DNA of 64,000 nucleotides from Vicinamibacteria bacterium (GTDB lineage: Bacteria > Acidobacteriota > Vicinamibacteria > Marinacidobacterales > Marinacidobacteraceae): the NCBI GenBank assembly GCA_964291235.2, contig OZ219815.1, positions 800,001-864,000 on the forward strand, written 5' to 3'. The notes below the pieces were generated by a model. That model did no database searches, was not told the DNA's origin, and saw only the letters and a list, made by a program, of their open reading frames with translations. How positions within the stretch are numbered: position 1 is the stretch's first letter; every line of letters starts with the position of its first letter. Of this stretch, positions 38,060-47,795 are shown piece by piece. The translations under genes were made by a program, and so were the position numbers.

Positions 38060-39322
38060 CTAGACCAACCCGCGGATCACCCCCAGCAGCCGGTCCACGT
38101 CGTCGCGGCTGTTGAACATCCCCACGCCGGCGCGCAGCAGTTGCCCTTCCTCCTGGAAGGTGATCGCCACGCCCTCGTCGGCGAGCGCCTGGCTGAGCCG
38201 CTCGTGATCGAGTCCGTGGTGGAAGCTGACGATGGCGGACGGGTTCTTCGGCGGGGTGAACATCCGCATCCCGAGCGCCGCGGCGCCCTCCCGCAGGGCG
38301 CCGGCGAGCGCGTGCGTGTGCCCGGCGATGCGATCGACCCCGACCTGCCCGACGAACCCGAGCGCGGCGTCCATCGCGGCCACCGGGCCGTAGGCCGGGC
38401 TTCCGTATTCGAGCTTTTCGGCGCTGGTCTTGAGGCGGTAGCGGTGTCCGGGCAGCGACTCGGCGACCTGGCGATGCCCGTGCCGGTCGGCGGTCATCCA
38501 GTCCAGGTGCTCGCGGCGCACGTAGAGGGGCGCGCAGCCGAAGTCCGCGTGCAGCCACTTGTAGCCATTGCCGCAGGCGAAGTCGACCTTCTCCTGGTGG
38601 AGGTTGGTCGGGACGTTGCCCCACGCCTGGATGGCGTCGGCGAAGAGGTAGCCACCGTGCGCGTGGACGAGGTCGGCCAGCTCGGGCAGGTCGTAGCGGA
38701 AGCCGTTGCGGTTCGACACCCACGCCACGCTGAGCAGCCGCGTCCGGTCGTCGGTCCGCGCGGCGTAGTCGTCCACCGTCACGACGCCGTCCCGTGAGGG
38801 GACGATCCTCAGTTCGACCCCGGCCCGGCGCTCGAGTTCGCGGTAGAGCACGAAGGTGGTGACGAAGTGCAGTTCGTCCACCACCACGTTGTCGCCCGCC
38901 CTCCAGTCCATCGCGTTTACGACGACGTTCTCGCCCCCGCTGGTGGCGTAGAGGAAGGCGATCTCGTCCTCGTCGGCGCCGAACAGGCTGGCGAAGCGGG
39001 TCCGCGCGCTCGCCACCGCCTTGCCGCCCGCCGCGCCGTCGCGCCGCCGCATCTTGTTGTCCGCGTACTCGTGCAGGGCGTCGCGGACGGGCAGCGGCAG
39101 CGGCCCCACCGCGGCATTGTTGAGATAGGCCAGTTCCTCGGTGACCGGGAAGCTGGACCGGATGCCGAGCGGATCGGTCGGGCTCGGGCTGGCGCCGGGC
39201 GCACCCGGCTGGCGGGATCCGGCAGCCGCGCTGGCGCCGGGAAGCGCGGCCAGTCCGGCGGCCGCGGTGGTCTGGAGGAAGCGTCGTCGATTCCAGGGAC
39301 TGCGGGGTTCGTTCGGCTTCAT
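38060..39322 (-). CDS. Class V PLP-dependent aminotransferase/cysteine desulfurase-like enzyme with Tat signal
   Basis: NRRRFL Tat motif; YLNNAAVGP, DAIQ, GYKWL (PLP lysine) and MFNSRDDVD. Confidence 0.85.
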   Translation of the reverse strand: MKPNEPRSPWNRRRFLQTTAAAGLAALPGASAAAGSRQPGAPGASPSPTDPLGIRSSFPVTEELAYLNNAAVGPLPLPVRDALHEYADNKMRRRDGAAGGKAVASARTRFASLFGADEDEIAFLYATSGGENVVVNAMDWRAGDNVVVDELHFVTTFVLYRELERRAGVELRIVPSRDGVVTVDDYAARTDDRTRLLSVAWVSNRNGFRYDLPELADLVHAHGGYLFADAIQAWGNVPTNLHQEKVDFACGNGYKWLHADFGCAPLYVRREHLDWMTADRHGHRQVAESLPGHRYRLKTSAEKLEYGSPAYGPVAAMDAALGFVGQVGVDRIAGHTHALAGALREGAAALGMRMFTPPKNPSAIVSFHHGLDHERLSQALADEGVAITFQEEGQLLRAGVGMFNSRDDVDRLLGVIRGLV

Positions 39323-39408
39323 GAGTCTCTCCTCAATCGGTATCGATCGGATCGAGTGTACGTCCGCGCGCCCGCGCCCTTCGACAACGGAAATCGGCGT
39401 CCCCAACG

Positions 39409-39442
39409 AAAAAAGGGGCGCCGGCCCGAAAGCCGGCGCCCC
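39409..39442 (-). terminator. Rho-independent terminator of the TonB-dependent receptor gene
   Basis: 11-bp perfect GC stem (GGGGCGCCGGC/GCCGGCGCCCC), 6-nt loop, T6 tract on the minus strand, 18 nt after the stop codon. Confidence 0.85.
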
Positions 39443-39460
39443 CCGCGCGTCACGACGCGA

Positions 39461-42349
39461 TCAGAACTCGATCCGGACCCCCACCCGGAAGACCCGCGGG
39501 TCGAGAATCGCGATGATCTCGTTGTAGCGGGAACCCCCGATCGTCCGGTAGTTGAGCACGGTCGAGCTGTTGACCAGGTTGAACCCGTCGAACAGCAGGG
39601 CCATGGTCGCCCCTCCCGGGATGTCGAACGACTTCTCGGCGCGCATGTCGAAGATGCCGACGTTCGGTGCGCGGTCGTTGTAGCCGTCGGGCATCACCCG
39701 CTCGGTTCCGGCGTTCGGCAGCCGGACGCTGACGCGGCGGCCCGTCAGGTACCCGCTCTGGAGCTTGTAGGAAGCGCTCACCCCGACGTCGTAGGGGAAG
39801 ATGTAGCGCGCCACCAGCTTGTAGTTCCAGTAGGTGGTGTCGATCGGCCCCAGCCGGAGCGACTGGTTCGCCCGCCACTCGTAGGTCGTGCCCTCCACGA
39901 AGTCGAAGCGGGCGGCGGCCCGCACGCTCCCGGAGGACGTGGTCCTCATGTAGGCGTTCGCCCAGGTGTGCAGGAACGAGGTCAGGAACATCCAGCGATC
40001 CGCGAACCGGCGGTTCAGGGCCACCTCGACGGTGTGGTAGTTCCCGTCCGGATCCGGCAGCCCGTAGGCGCCCGGGTTCACGTACTGGCGATCCTCGGGA
40101 ATTCCGGGCTGCCGGTCCGTGAGCTGGATGGTCTGGTCGTCGCCGGTTCCCGCCACGTTGTCCGGCCCGCGGTCTTCCCAACTGTAGGGAACGCCGTAGG
40201 CGAAGGCGCGGTTCAGGTCCACGATCCCGTAGCCGTTCCGGGAGTTCTTGTGAACGTAGGACGCCCGGAAGGAGAAGTTGTCGGCGATCTGCTGCTCGAA
40301 GTGGGCCGACATCTCATGCCCGTAGGCGTTCTTCAGGTTCGGGTCCACGGTCACGAACCCGGCGCCGCCGAGGGTTCGGAGCTTGTCCCCCAGTTCCGGC
40401 GAGTCGGCAAGGCCGCCGCTCGGCCCCGGGTCCAGAACCCGGTTCCCGTTCAGGTCGTTGAACCCGTACCGGAACGCCGCCTGGCCCACCGGGTTCTCGT
40501 CGTCCACGATGGTGGTGCTCGGGTTCCAGTAGAAGCGGCCGAAGAAGAGCTTCAGCACCGTCTCGCCCTCGCCCGTCACGTCGAACGCGGCGCCGAGGCG
40601 CGGCCCGATGTTGGAGAGCGTCAGGACATCGCGCTGCGACACCTCAAGCGCCGGGAAGATGTCCGAATGGGTGGGCGAGAGGGAGTTTTCCGGCCAGCCC
40701 ATCTTGTAGCGGTCGAAGCGGAAGCCGAGGTTCAGCGTCAGCCGGTCGTTGAGGGTCCACGAATCCTGCCCGTAGAACGCGGTGAGGAAGATGTCGTTGA
40801 TGCCGGTGTTCGGGGTGTTGTAGATGTCCACCTCGCTGGGGACGCCGTCCACGTCGCGGTAGAAGATGTCCTCCGGCTGCATCCGCAGGAACTTGCGGCG
40901 CTCCCGGTAGATCTCGGTGCCGATCTTCAAGGTGTGCTGTCCCGCCAGATCGTCCGCGAAGTAGGTCAGGTTGCCGGAGATCTGCGGCTTGGTGACGTTG
41001 CGGAGGTGGTAGTAGTTGTTCGCGTTGGTGAGGTCGCCGGTGTTCACCTCGAGGCGGCCGGCCGGCAGGCCCTCGACGCTCTCCGACTTGGTGGCGGTCG
41101 GGAAGAGCGGGAACTGGTTGATCCAGTGGCTGAGCTGCAGGTTCAGGAAGAGCTTGTCGGTGAGCACGTTCGTGTACTCGAACTTCATCGGCTTGTTGAC
41201 CGAGCTCTGGTACCAGGCTGCTTCCAGGGGCACTGAAGGACCGAGGTTGCGCTCCGCCTGCAGCTTGGTGCGCCGGTTGAAGAAGCCGATCAACTGGCTG
41301 GAGTCGGTGAGCTGGTAGGTCGCCTTGGCGGTCCAGTTGCCGAGCTGGGTGGTCGCCGGATCCGGGTTGCCGATGGTGAGCTTTTCCTGGTGGTTCAGCC
41401 GGTAGCCGCCGTAGAACCAGGCCTTGCCCGGATAGAGCGGTCCGCCGATGCCGATGTTGATGTCGCTCTGGAGGGTGATCGGGTTGCCGGCTTCGAGGCC
41501 GTCGCCTCCCGCCTTGTAGGGACCCTGCGTCCCGCCGCCGGTCCGCAGCGCATCCGGGACGTTGTCGCCGACCGTCGAGTCGTTCTCGAAGTCCACGTAG
41601 ATGTCACCGCCAAAACGGTCGCCGCCGGACTTGACCGTGAGGTTGAAGAAGGCGCCGAGCCCATGGGTCTCGCCCATGTTCCCCGAGCCGCCGAGCTGGA
41701 AGTCCTCGAAGCTGCCGTAGTCGAAGTAGCCCGCGTTCCCCGAGGTCGTCTCGGTCACGTTGATGCCCTCGAGCAGGGTCCGGTGCTGGTCTCCGAAGCC
41801 GAAGGCCTGGAACCCGGTCTGGGTTCCGGTGTGGGACCCGCCCACGTCGTAGCCCTCCATCTGGAAGCCGGGGGCCTGGGCCATCGCCGCCCAGATGTCC
41901 CGGGCGTTCGGGATGTCCTCGAGGAGTTCCTCGGTGAAGTTCACGCCGGTGGCGGTGGTCTTGACGTCCACCACCGGGGCTTCCCCGGTGATGGTGATCG
42001 TCTCTTCGAGACCGCCGACCTCCAGGGTGGCATTCACGGTGAGGGTGGTGTTCAGGGTCATCTGGATGTTCTCCCGAACGACGGTGCTGAAACCGCCGAG
42101 GGAGAAAGTGACCGAATAGACCCCGGTGGGCAGCGCCGGGAACGCGTAGGTGCCCTGGCCGCCGGTGACCGCCACCTGGTCCTGGATCATCGCCGGACTC
42201 GAGGCGGTGACCGTGACGCCGGGAAGCACCGCCCCGGTCGCGTCGCTCGCCGTCCCGACGATCCGGCCTCTGAGTTCCTGCGCGCCGGCCGGAACGGCCA
42301 GCGCGAGCGCGACCCCGAGGATCGCGAACCTGGTAAATCGTGAGCGCAT
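39461..42349 (-). CDS. TonB-dependent receptor with N-terminal carboxypeptidase-regulatory-like domain (Acidobacterial/Oar type)
   Basis: GRIVGTASDATGAVLPGVTVT, plug region, LTLNLGFRFD; C-terminus PRVFRVGVRIEF. Confidence 0.92.
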   Translation of the reverse strand: MRSRFTRFAILGVALALAVPAGAQELRGRIVGTASDATGAVLPGVTVTASSPAMIQDQVAVTGGQGTYAFPALPTGVYSVTFSLGGFSTVVRENIQMTLNTTLTVNATLEVGGLEETITITGEAPVVDVKTTATGVNFTEELLEDIPNARDIWAAMAQAPGFQMEGYDVGGSHTGTQTGFQAFGFGDQHRTLLEGINVTETTSGNAGYFDYGSFEDFQLGGSGNMGETHGLGAFFNLTVKSGGDRFGGDIYVDFENDSTVGDNVPDALRTGGGTQGPYKAGGDGLEAGNPITLQSDINIGIGGPLYPGKAWFYGGYRLNHQEKLTIGNPDPATTQLGNWTAKATYQLTDSSQLIGFFNRRTKLQAERNLGPSVPLEAAWYQSSVNKPMKFEYTNVLTDKLFLNLQLSHWINQFPLFPTATKSESVEGLPAGRLEVNTGDLTNANNYYHLRNVTKPQISGNLTYFADDLAGQHTLKIGTEIYRERRKFLRMQPEDIFYRDVDGVPSEVDIYNTPNTGINDIFLTAFYGQDSWTLNDRLTLNLGFRFDRYKMGWPENSLSPTHSDIFPALEVSQRDVLTLSNIGPRLGAAFDVTGEGETVLKLFFGRFYWNPSTTIVDDENPVGQAAFRYGFNDLNGNRVLDPGPSGGLADSPELGDKLRTLGGAGFVTVDPNLKNAYGHEMSAHFEQQIADNFSFRASYVHKNSRNGYGIVDLNRAFAYGVPYSWEDRGPDNVAGTGDDQTIQLTDRQPGIPEDRQYVNPGAYGLPDPDGNYHTVEVALNRRFADRWMFLTSFLHTWANAYMRTTSSGSVRAAARFDFVEGTTYEWRANQSLRLGPIDTTYWNYKLVARYIFPYDVGVSASYKLQSGYLTGRRVSVRLPNAGTERVMPDGYNDRAPNVGIFDMRAEKSFDIPGGATMALLFDGFNLVNSSTVLNYRTIGGSRYNEIIAILDPRVFRVGVRIEF

Positions 42350-42613
42350 CAGACACCTCCTGAGGTGAACGAGGATTGCCATCCTTCGGGGTGAATTCTC
42401 GGCCAGTATAGGGACCGCCCGGAAACCGGCGCAAGCGCAGCTTTGTAGCGGCCTGTAACGCCAGATTTGGCCCGGATGGACCCGGGCGGCGCCCGCGTTC
42501 GCCGGGCCTCGGCCCGCCGCCGGCGGTCGGCGTTTTCATCGGAACCCCGCATGCGGGGCCGGGAGCTGTTGTAAGCTGCGGGGCAACGATTCGATATGTG
42601 TAAGGACTGTGAA

Positions 42614-43216
42614 ATGAATGTTCGAAATGTAGGGGCGGCGGCGACTGGGATCAGAGCGCTGTGTGTCTATTGCGGCTCGTTGAACGGGCGCGACCCGGAG
42701 CTCGAAGAGTTCGCGCACGCCTTCGGTTCCGCCTGCGCCGCGCGCGGCATTGAACTCATCTACGGCGGTGGCGGGGTGGGCCTGATGGGCACCGTGGCGC
42801 ACGCGGCGCTCGAGAACGGCGGACGGGTGGTCGGCATCATTCCGCGTTCCCTGATGGAGCAGGAACTCCCCTTCTCCTGTGTGACAGAACTTGTCGTCGT
42901 GGACAGCATGCACGAGCGCAAACAGAAGATGTTCCAGCGCGCCGACGGCTTCGTCTCGCTACCGGGAGGCTTCGGCACCCTCGACGAAACGATCGAGATG
43001 ATCACCTGGCGGCAGCTCGGCTACCACGACAAACCGATCGTGCTGGCGAACCATCGCGGCTATTGGGATCCGCTCCTGTCGCTGTTCGACCACATCGTCG
43101 CCACGGGTTTCGCCCCGGCGGGCGCACACAACCTCTACACGGTCGCCGATTCCATCGACGGAGTCTTCGATCGGCTGACGATTGGGAGGGCGGCGCCCAT
43201 CCGCGCCACCGCGTAG
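42614..43216 (+). CDS. LOG-family (TIGR00730) nucleotide phosphoribohydrolase
   Basis: CVYCGS, YGGG.VGLMG, MHERK and LPGGFGTLDE motifs. Confidence 0.93.
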   Translation: MNVRNVGAAATGIRALCVYCGSLNGRDPELEEFAHAFGSACAARGIELIYGGGGVGLMGTVAHAALENGGRVVGIIPRSLMEQELPFSCVTELVVVDSMHERKQKMFQRADGFVSLPGGFGTLDETIEMITWRQLGYHDKPIVLANHRGYWDPLLSLFDHIVATGFAPAGAHNLYTVADSIDGVFDRLTIGRAAPIRATA

Positions 43217-43258
43217 CGGCCACCGGACCGCGCATCGCCGCTGGCGAAGGAGCGCGGG

Positions 43259-43315
43259 GAGCGTAGGAGCGCCGGCCTCCAGGCCGGCATCGTCCGCCAC
43301 CGGCGGGCGAAATCG
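43259..43315. repeat. Degenerate single arm of the REP-like element
   Basis: GTAGGAGCGCCGGCCTCCAGGCCGGCATCG…GGGCGAAA. Confidence 0.7.
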
Positions 43316-43472
43316 CATCCTCTCAGCCGCGGCGAACGCGGGCGCGTTTACTGGTAGCCTCGGCGGGAATCGAGCCCGGACATCCGGAACTCGGAGTCTC
43401 TGCTCAAAAAGCGCGTAGGGTGCGCGCCGCAGAGTTTCCGACTTGATCGGGGGATGGGCCCAAGGAGGAGGA

Positions 43473-44693
43473 ATGTCTCGCAAAGACGACTTCGGGCGAG
43501 CGGGAGTGCGGCGCTCTTTGAAACTGCTTCGCGCTGCCTGCGCGACCGCCATCGTCCTGGCCGCGTGCGGCGACGGAACTTCGCCGACCTCCGTTCGGCC
43601 TGCCGCCCCGGCCGCCCCGGCGACCCCGACCACCCCCACCGCTCCGGTGAACATTGGCTTCCTGGTCTCGGGCGACCGGACGTATCCGAACGGCGGAATG
43701 ATCGCGGTGGACGAGGCCAACGCAAGCGGCGGGCTGTTGGGCCGTTCCGTCGAGCTGATCGTCCGGTCCGGCCTGGAAGAAGCGGCGCCGGCGGTAGCCG
43801 CCGCGGAGGCGCTGATCCTCGACGACGAAGTGGTCGCTCTCATCGGCCCCAATCGCTCGGCGCACGCAATCGAGGTAGGGGCTGTCGCCCAGCATCACGG
43901 CGTACCGATGATCACGACGGCGGCCACGAATCCAAGCGTGACGGCGGCGGGCGACCTGGTCTTCATGGCCGCCTTCACCGACCAATTTCAGGGGGGCGTC
44001 GTGGCCGGGTTCGCCTTCGAGACGCTCGGAGCGATGACCGCCGCGGTCCTTACCCAGCGCGGCGAGGTGTACAGCGAGGGGATCGGGGAGTTCTTCGTCA
44101 ACCATTTCCGGCGCCTGGGCGGGACGGTCGTCGCCGATCAGTCCTACGAACCCGGGACGACGGACTTCGCCGCGCACTTGACAGCCATCGCAGCCGGGGC
44201 TCCGGCGGTGCTGTTCATGCCGGGCCCGGTGGCAGAAATCGTTCTTCTGACCGCCCAGGCACGCGCCCTGCCGCTCCACGATGCCGCCGGGGAGCCGACC
44301 GTGTTCCTGGGGGCCGATGCCTGGGACAACCCGGCGCTCCTGGAGAACGAGCAGGCCTCCGTGGAGGGCAGTTTCTTCAGCGCCCAGTTCTCGCCGGACA
44401 CGGACGAACCGACGGCGCGCGCGTTCGTCGAGGCATATCGAGCCAAGTACGGGATCCCCCCCACCGGCGGCGATGCAGTGAGCTACGACGCGGTCCGGTT
44501 GTTCCTGCTGGCCGCGGCTCGCGCGGGCAGTCTCGACGCCGACGCCATCCGCCAAGAACTCCTGGCTACCGAGCAATACGCCGGAGCAACCCGCATTTCT
44601 CACTACAACGACGATCGCCAGCCGACCAAGAGCGCGGTCATCATGACCATCGAGAACGGTGTGAAGCGGTTCTACCAGCAGGTGGACCCGTAG
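43473..44693 (+). CDS. Branched-chain amino acid ABC transporter substrate-binding lipoprotein (LivJ-like), orphan
   Basis: Lipobox LAAC; AVDEANASGGLLGR, ATNPSVT, FTDQFQG, GADAWD, YDAV; RBS AGGAGGAGG. Confidence 0.9.
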   Translation: MSRKDDFGRAGVRRSLKLLRAACATAIVLAACGDGTSPTSVRPAAPAAPATPTTPTAPVNIGFLVSGDRTYPNGGMIAVDEANASGGLLGRSVELIVRSGLEEAAPAVAAAEALILDDEVVALIGPNRSAHAIEVGAVAQHHGVPMITTAATNPSVTAAGDLVFMAAFTDQFQGGVVAGFAFETLGAMTAAVLTQRGEVYSEGIGEFFVNHFRRLGGTVVADQSYEPGTTDFAAHLTAIAAGAPAVLFMPGPVAEIVLLTAQARALPLHDAAGEPTVFLGADAWDNPALLENEQASVEGSFFSAQFSPDTDEPTARAFVEAYRAKYGIPPTGGDAVSYDAVRLFLLAAARAGSLDADAIRQELLATEQYAGATRISHYNDDRQPTKSAVIMTIENGVKRFYQQVDP

Positions 44694-44713
44694 CCGACCA
44701 CTCAGCCGCACGG

Positions 44714-45178
44714 CGCAACGGCACGGGAACGCCGGCCTCCAGGCCGGCACAGCCCCGCGAAGCGGGGCGGCGGGACGGACCCCCCAGCGCCAGGATGGTT
44801 CTCCTCTCGGCGTGGACCCCACCAGCGTTGGTGTCGCAAAGGCAAGGGAACGCCGGCCTCCAGGCCGGCACAGCCCCGCGAAGCGGGGCGGCGGGACGGA
44901 CCCCCCAGCGCCAGGATGGTTCTCCGCTCGGCGTGAACCCCACCAGCGTTGGTGTCGCAACGGCACGGGAACGCCGGCCTCCAGGCCGGCACAGCCCCGC
45001 GAAGCGGGGCGGCGGGACGGACCCCCAGCCCCAGGATGGTTCTCCTCTCGGCGTGCACCCCACCAGCGTTGGTGTCGCAAAGGCAAGGGAACGCCGGCCT
45101 CCAGGCCGGCACAGCTCCGCGAAGCGGGGCGGCGGGACGGACCCCCCAGCGCCAGGGTGGTGCTCCTCTCGGCGTGCA
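44714..45178. repeat. Tandem array of ~3.9 x 120-121-bp REP-containing units
   Basis: Units start at about 44714, 44835, 44956 and 45076. Each carries GCCGGCCTCCAGGCCGGC and GCCCCGCGAAGCGGGGC hairpins (the last unit has GCTCCGC); no unique spacers. Confidence 0.92.
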
Positions 45179-45376
45179 GCAGCCAACGGGAAAGAGCGGG
45201 AATTGTTCGGCCGGGCTGTCGAGCACCGGTTCGAGTGTCCGGGGGTCGACAACCGCGGCAGATCCATAGTTCACTACCGATCTGCCGCGTCCGCTGGAAG
45301 AGATCGAGACAGACAGTCCATCAGGTCGAGAGGGAGATCGTGGCGATACCGCGGGAGGAGGTGAGCGTATGAATAT

Positions 45377-45483
45377 GTCGGCAGTTATAGCCATCTGCCG
45401 TCAATTTGATTCACATGACCGCGCCGCGCTACCCTCGCCGAATGGCTGGATCAAAACGTCGGCATTCAAAGATATCTGCCGAC
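45377..45483. promoter_or_regulatory. Two inverted-repeat operators of the abiE-like operon
   Basis: GTCGGCA-N12-TGCCGTC (45377-45402) and GTCGGCA-N12-TGCCGAC (45458-45483). Confidence 0.65.
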
Positions 45484-45519
45484 ATTTCGGAGCAGCCATC
45501 CGGCCTGACCGCCTCCGGT

Positions 45520-46098
45520 GTGCAGCGTCTCGGGGGGACCACCTTCTTTCGCGCCCGAGATGCCGCCGAGCGGGGTATCCATTCGCGGGCGCTGCGGGCC
45601 ATGGTGGACGGAGGAGACGTCGAGCGCGTGGCCCGCGGCCTCTACCGCGTCACGCAAGCCGAACTGACGGAGCAGTACACCCGCGCTGCCGTCTGCGCGC
45701 GGGTTCCAGACGCCATCATCTGTCTGCTGACGGCCCTTAGCGTCCACGAACTCGGCACCCAGCTTCCGCGCAAGGTCTGGATCGCCATTCCCCACAAGGC
45801 CCGCGCGCCTCGCGTTCCGGAGCTGCCGATCCGGGTAGTCCGCTTCTCCGGGGTCTCACTGCGTTACGGGATCGCTGACACGACCTTCGACGGCGTTCCT
45901 GCCCGCATCACGACTCCGGCGCGTACCGTCGTGGACTGCTTCCGTTTCCGGCGGCTGTTCGGCATGCACGTAGCGCTCGAAGCGCTGCGGGAAGCTCTCT
46001 ACGACCGAAAGGCCACCCCCGACCAGATCTGGCGAGCGGCGGAAACATGCCGCGCCAAAGCGCTCGTCGGCCCGGCTCTGGACGCGTTTTCGGCATGA
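45520..46098 (+). CDS. Type IV TA antitoxin, AbiEi family
   Basis: VERVARGLYR wHTH, ICLLTALSVHEL.TQLP…WIAIP and RTVVDCFRFR. Start uncertain (GTG 45520 or ATG 45442). Confidence 0.9.
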   Translation: MQRLGGTTFFRARDAAERGIHSRALRAMVDGGDVERVARGLYRVTQAELTEQYTRAAVCARVPDAIICLLTALSVHELGTQLPRKVWIAIPHKARAPRVPELPIRVVRFSGVSLRYGIADTTFDGVPARITTPARTVVDCFRFRRLFGMHVALEALREALYDRKATPDQIWRAAETCRAKALVGPALDAFSA

Positions 46099-47027
46099 CG
46101 CCTACGCGGGAGATTCGGAACGTGCCGGCGTCGGTTCGCCAGCGCCTCCTTAATCTCAGCCGTACCGGCGCACTCGACTTTCAAGCCGTGCTCGATCGGT
46201 ACACATGCGAGCGCTTTCTCTACCGGCTTTCGATCTCACCCGAGATGGACCGATTCGTCCTCAAGGGCGCGGCGCTCTTCCGAGTGTGGGACGGGAAGGA
46301 GGCGCGGCCAACCCGGGATATCGACCTCCTGGACATCTGGTCCGGCGACCGGGCGCCAATTCGCGCCTCCCTCGAGGCTATCTGCCGTGTTCCCTGCCCC
46401 GAGGACGGAGTCGTCTTTGATCCGGCAACCATCCGGATCACCAACATCCGCGACGAGCAGCCTTACGGCGGGGTGCGCGCGCAGATCCAGGGCCGCCTGG
46501 GCCAGGTGCGGCTACCCCTTCAGATCGATATCGGCTTCGGCGACATCATCACGCCGGACCGCGCAGAACGAGACTACCCGACCCTCCTCGATCTCCCGGC
46601 GCCCCGTCTCTGGACATACCCGCCGGAGACCGTGGTCGCCGAGAAGCTGCACGCCCTCGTGGAGCACGGCGCCAGGAACACCCGAGTGAAGGATCTATGG
46701 GACTTGGCCCGCCTCGCTCGTCGCTTCGCATTCGACGGAGAGGTTCTGCGGACCGCAGTCGCCCGAACCTTCCGGCAGCGCGGGACCTCGTTTGGGAGCG
46801 AAAGGCCGATCGCACTGCTCCCGTCTTACTACAAAGACGCGACACGCGAGCGGCTCTGGCGGGGACTGCGACGCGCGATGGATGAGGGCGCCGACGGCCC
46901 GGTCAGGCTCGTGGATGTGGGCGTGGAGCTGTTGCGCTTCCTGGGGCCGATCTGCGACAGCCTGATCGAGGCGCGGCCGTTTACCCCGACTTGGCCCGCC
47001 GGCGGGCCGTGGCGATCGGGAGTTTGA
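46095..47027 (+). CDS. Type IV TA toxin, AbiEii/AbiGii nucleotidyltransferase
   Basis: ATGA overlap; ERFLYRLS, FVLKGA, RPTRDIDL, QIDIGFGD, AEKLHA and NTRVKDLWD. Confidence 0.92.
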   Translation: MTPTREIRNVPASVRQRLLNLSRTGALDFQAVLDRYTCERFLYRLSISPEMDRFVLKGAALFRVWDGKEARPTRDIDLLDIWSGDRAPIRASLEAICRVPCPEDGVVFDPATIRITNIRDEQPYGGVRAQIQGRLGQVRLPLQIDIGFGDIITPDRAERDYPTLLDLPAPRLWTYPPETVVAEKLHALVEHGARNTRVKDLWDLARLARRFAFDGEVLRTAVARTFRQRGTSFGSERPIALLPSYYKDATRERLWRGLRRAMDEGADGPVRLVDVGVELLRFLGPICDSLIEARPFTPTWPAGGPWRSGV

Positions 47028-47034
47028 CCGGGCG

Positions 47035-47102
47035 CGCTCCTCCATCAGATCGCGCGCCTTCTGGATGCTCTCCCGCGGGAGCCGATCGCCTCTCCTTCCT
47101 CC
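47035..47102 (-). repeat. 68-bp duplicated fragment of the amidohydrolase gene (copy of 48109-48177)
   Basis: Direct repeat with 3 substitutions and a 1-nt deletion. Confidence 0.9.
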
Positions 47103-47136
47103 CAGGTCCACGATGCGCGGGTTCGGACCTGTTCAT

Positions 47137-47152
47137 GGACTATATTTAGTCC
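47137..47152. promoter_or_regulatory. Palindromic operator of the Phd/ParE operon
   Basis: GGACTATATTTAGTCC, a near-perfect palindrome about 25 nt upstream of the antitoxin ATG. Confidence 0.6.
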
Positions 47153-47176
47153 GCTCTGTCCGCAGGGAGGCGCCTC

Positions 47177-47452
47177 ATGTCGCTGTCCGATCAGATCAAG
47201 CCGATCAGTTATCTGAAGGCTCACGCCGCCGAGATCATCCGCACGCTCGGGGACCGGCCGGAGCCGTTGATCATCACCCAAAACGGCGAAGCCAAGGCCG
47301 TCGTGCAGGACATCGCCAGCTATGAGCGGATGCAGGAGACCGTGGCTTTGCTCAAGATGCTGGCGCTCGGAGATCGTCAGATCGAAGCTGGCCGGGTGCA
47401 GCCCGCTGCTGAGGTGATCGCGCGGCTTCGGGAGCGCCCACGGGCGGACTGA
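47177..47452 (+). CDS. Phd/YefM-family antitoxin
   Basis: IKPISYLKAHAAEII…PLIITQNGEAKAV. Confidence 0.93.
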   Translation: MSLSDQIKPISYLKAHAAEIIRTLGDRPEPLIITQNGEAKAVVQDIASYERMQETVALLKMLALGDRQIEAGRVQPAAEVIARLRERPRAD

Positions 47453-47778
47453 TGCCGTTCGCGGTTCAACTGACCGATGACGCCGTCCGCGACCTGGAAG
47501 AAATCGTTGACCACATCTCCCGGCAGGACGCACCAGGCAGCGCGGACTATGTGCTGGGCCGGATCGAGCAGGCCATGCAGGCGCTCTCCGCCCTCCCCGA
47601 ACGCGGCAGCTATCCGCGGGAACTCCTGGAGCTGGGGATTCGGGAATACCGGGAAGTGCTCTTCAAGCCGTACCGGATCATCCACCGCGTGATGGGAGAC
47701 GGGGTGTACGTCATGGTGATCGCGGACGGGCGCCGCGACCTGCGGGCGTTGCTGGAGCGGCGCCTGCTGGATGGGTAG
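47452..47778 (+). CDS. RelE/ParE-family toxin
   Basis: TGATG overlap; AVRDLEEI…PERGSYP.EL…YRE…KPYRII…IADGRRD. Confidence 0.93.
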   Translation: MPFAVQLTDDAVRDLEEIVDHISRQDAPGSADYVLGRIEQAMQALSALPERGSYPRELLELGIREYREVLFKPYRIIHRVMGDGVYVMVIADGRRDLRALLERRLLDG

Positions 47779-47795
47779 CCGGCCGGCCTCCGCCC

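Noticed and set aside
18642-41236. Many long overlapping ORFs (e.g. 19809-21923 -, 22640-25177 +, 38867-41236 +)
   Set aside because: High-GC antisense or alternate-frame shadows of recognisable genes, with no family motifs.
43230-43330. Glycine riboswitch upstream of the amino-acid-binding protein
   Set aside because: Only partial CGAAGGAGC and CTCTCAG matches. The intervening sequence is a REP arm and the aptamer architecture is not evident.
44641-45394. ORFs across the 121-bp tandem; CRISPR-like array
   Set aside because: The 120-121-bp period shifts frame, the translations are low-complexity, and there are no variable spacers.
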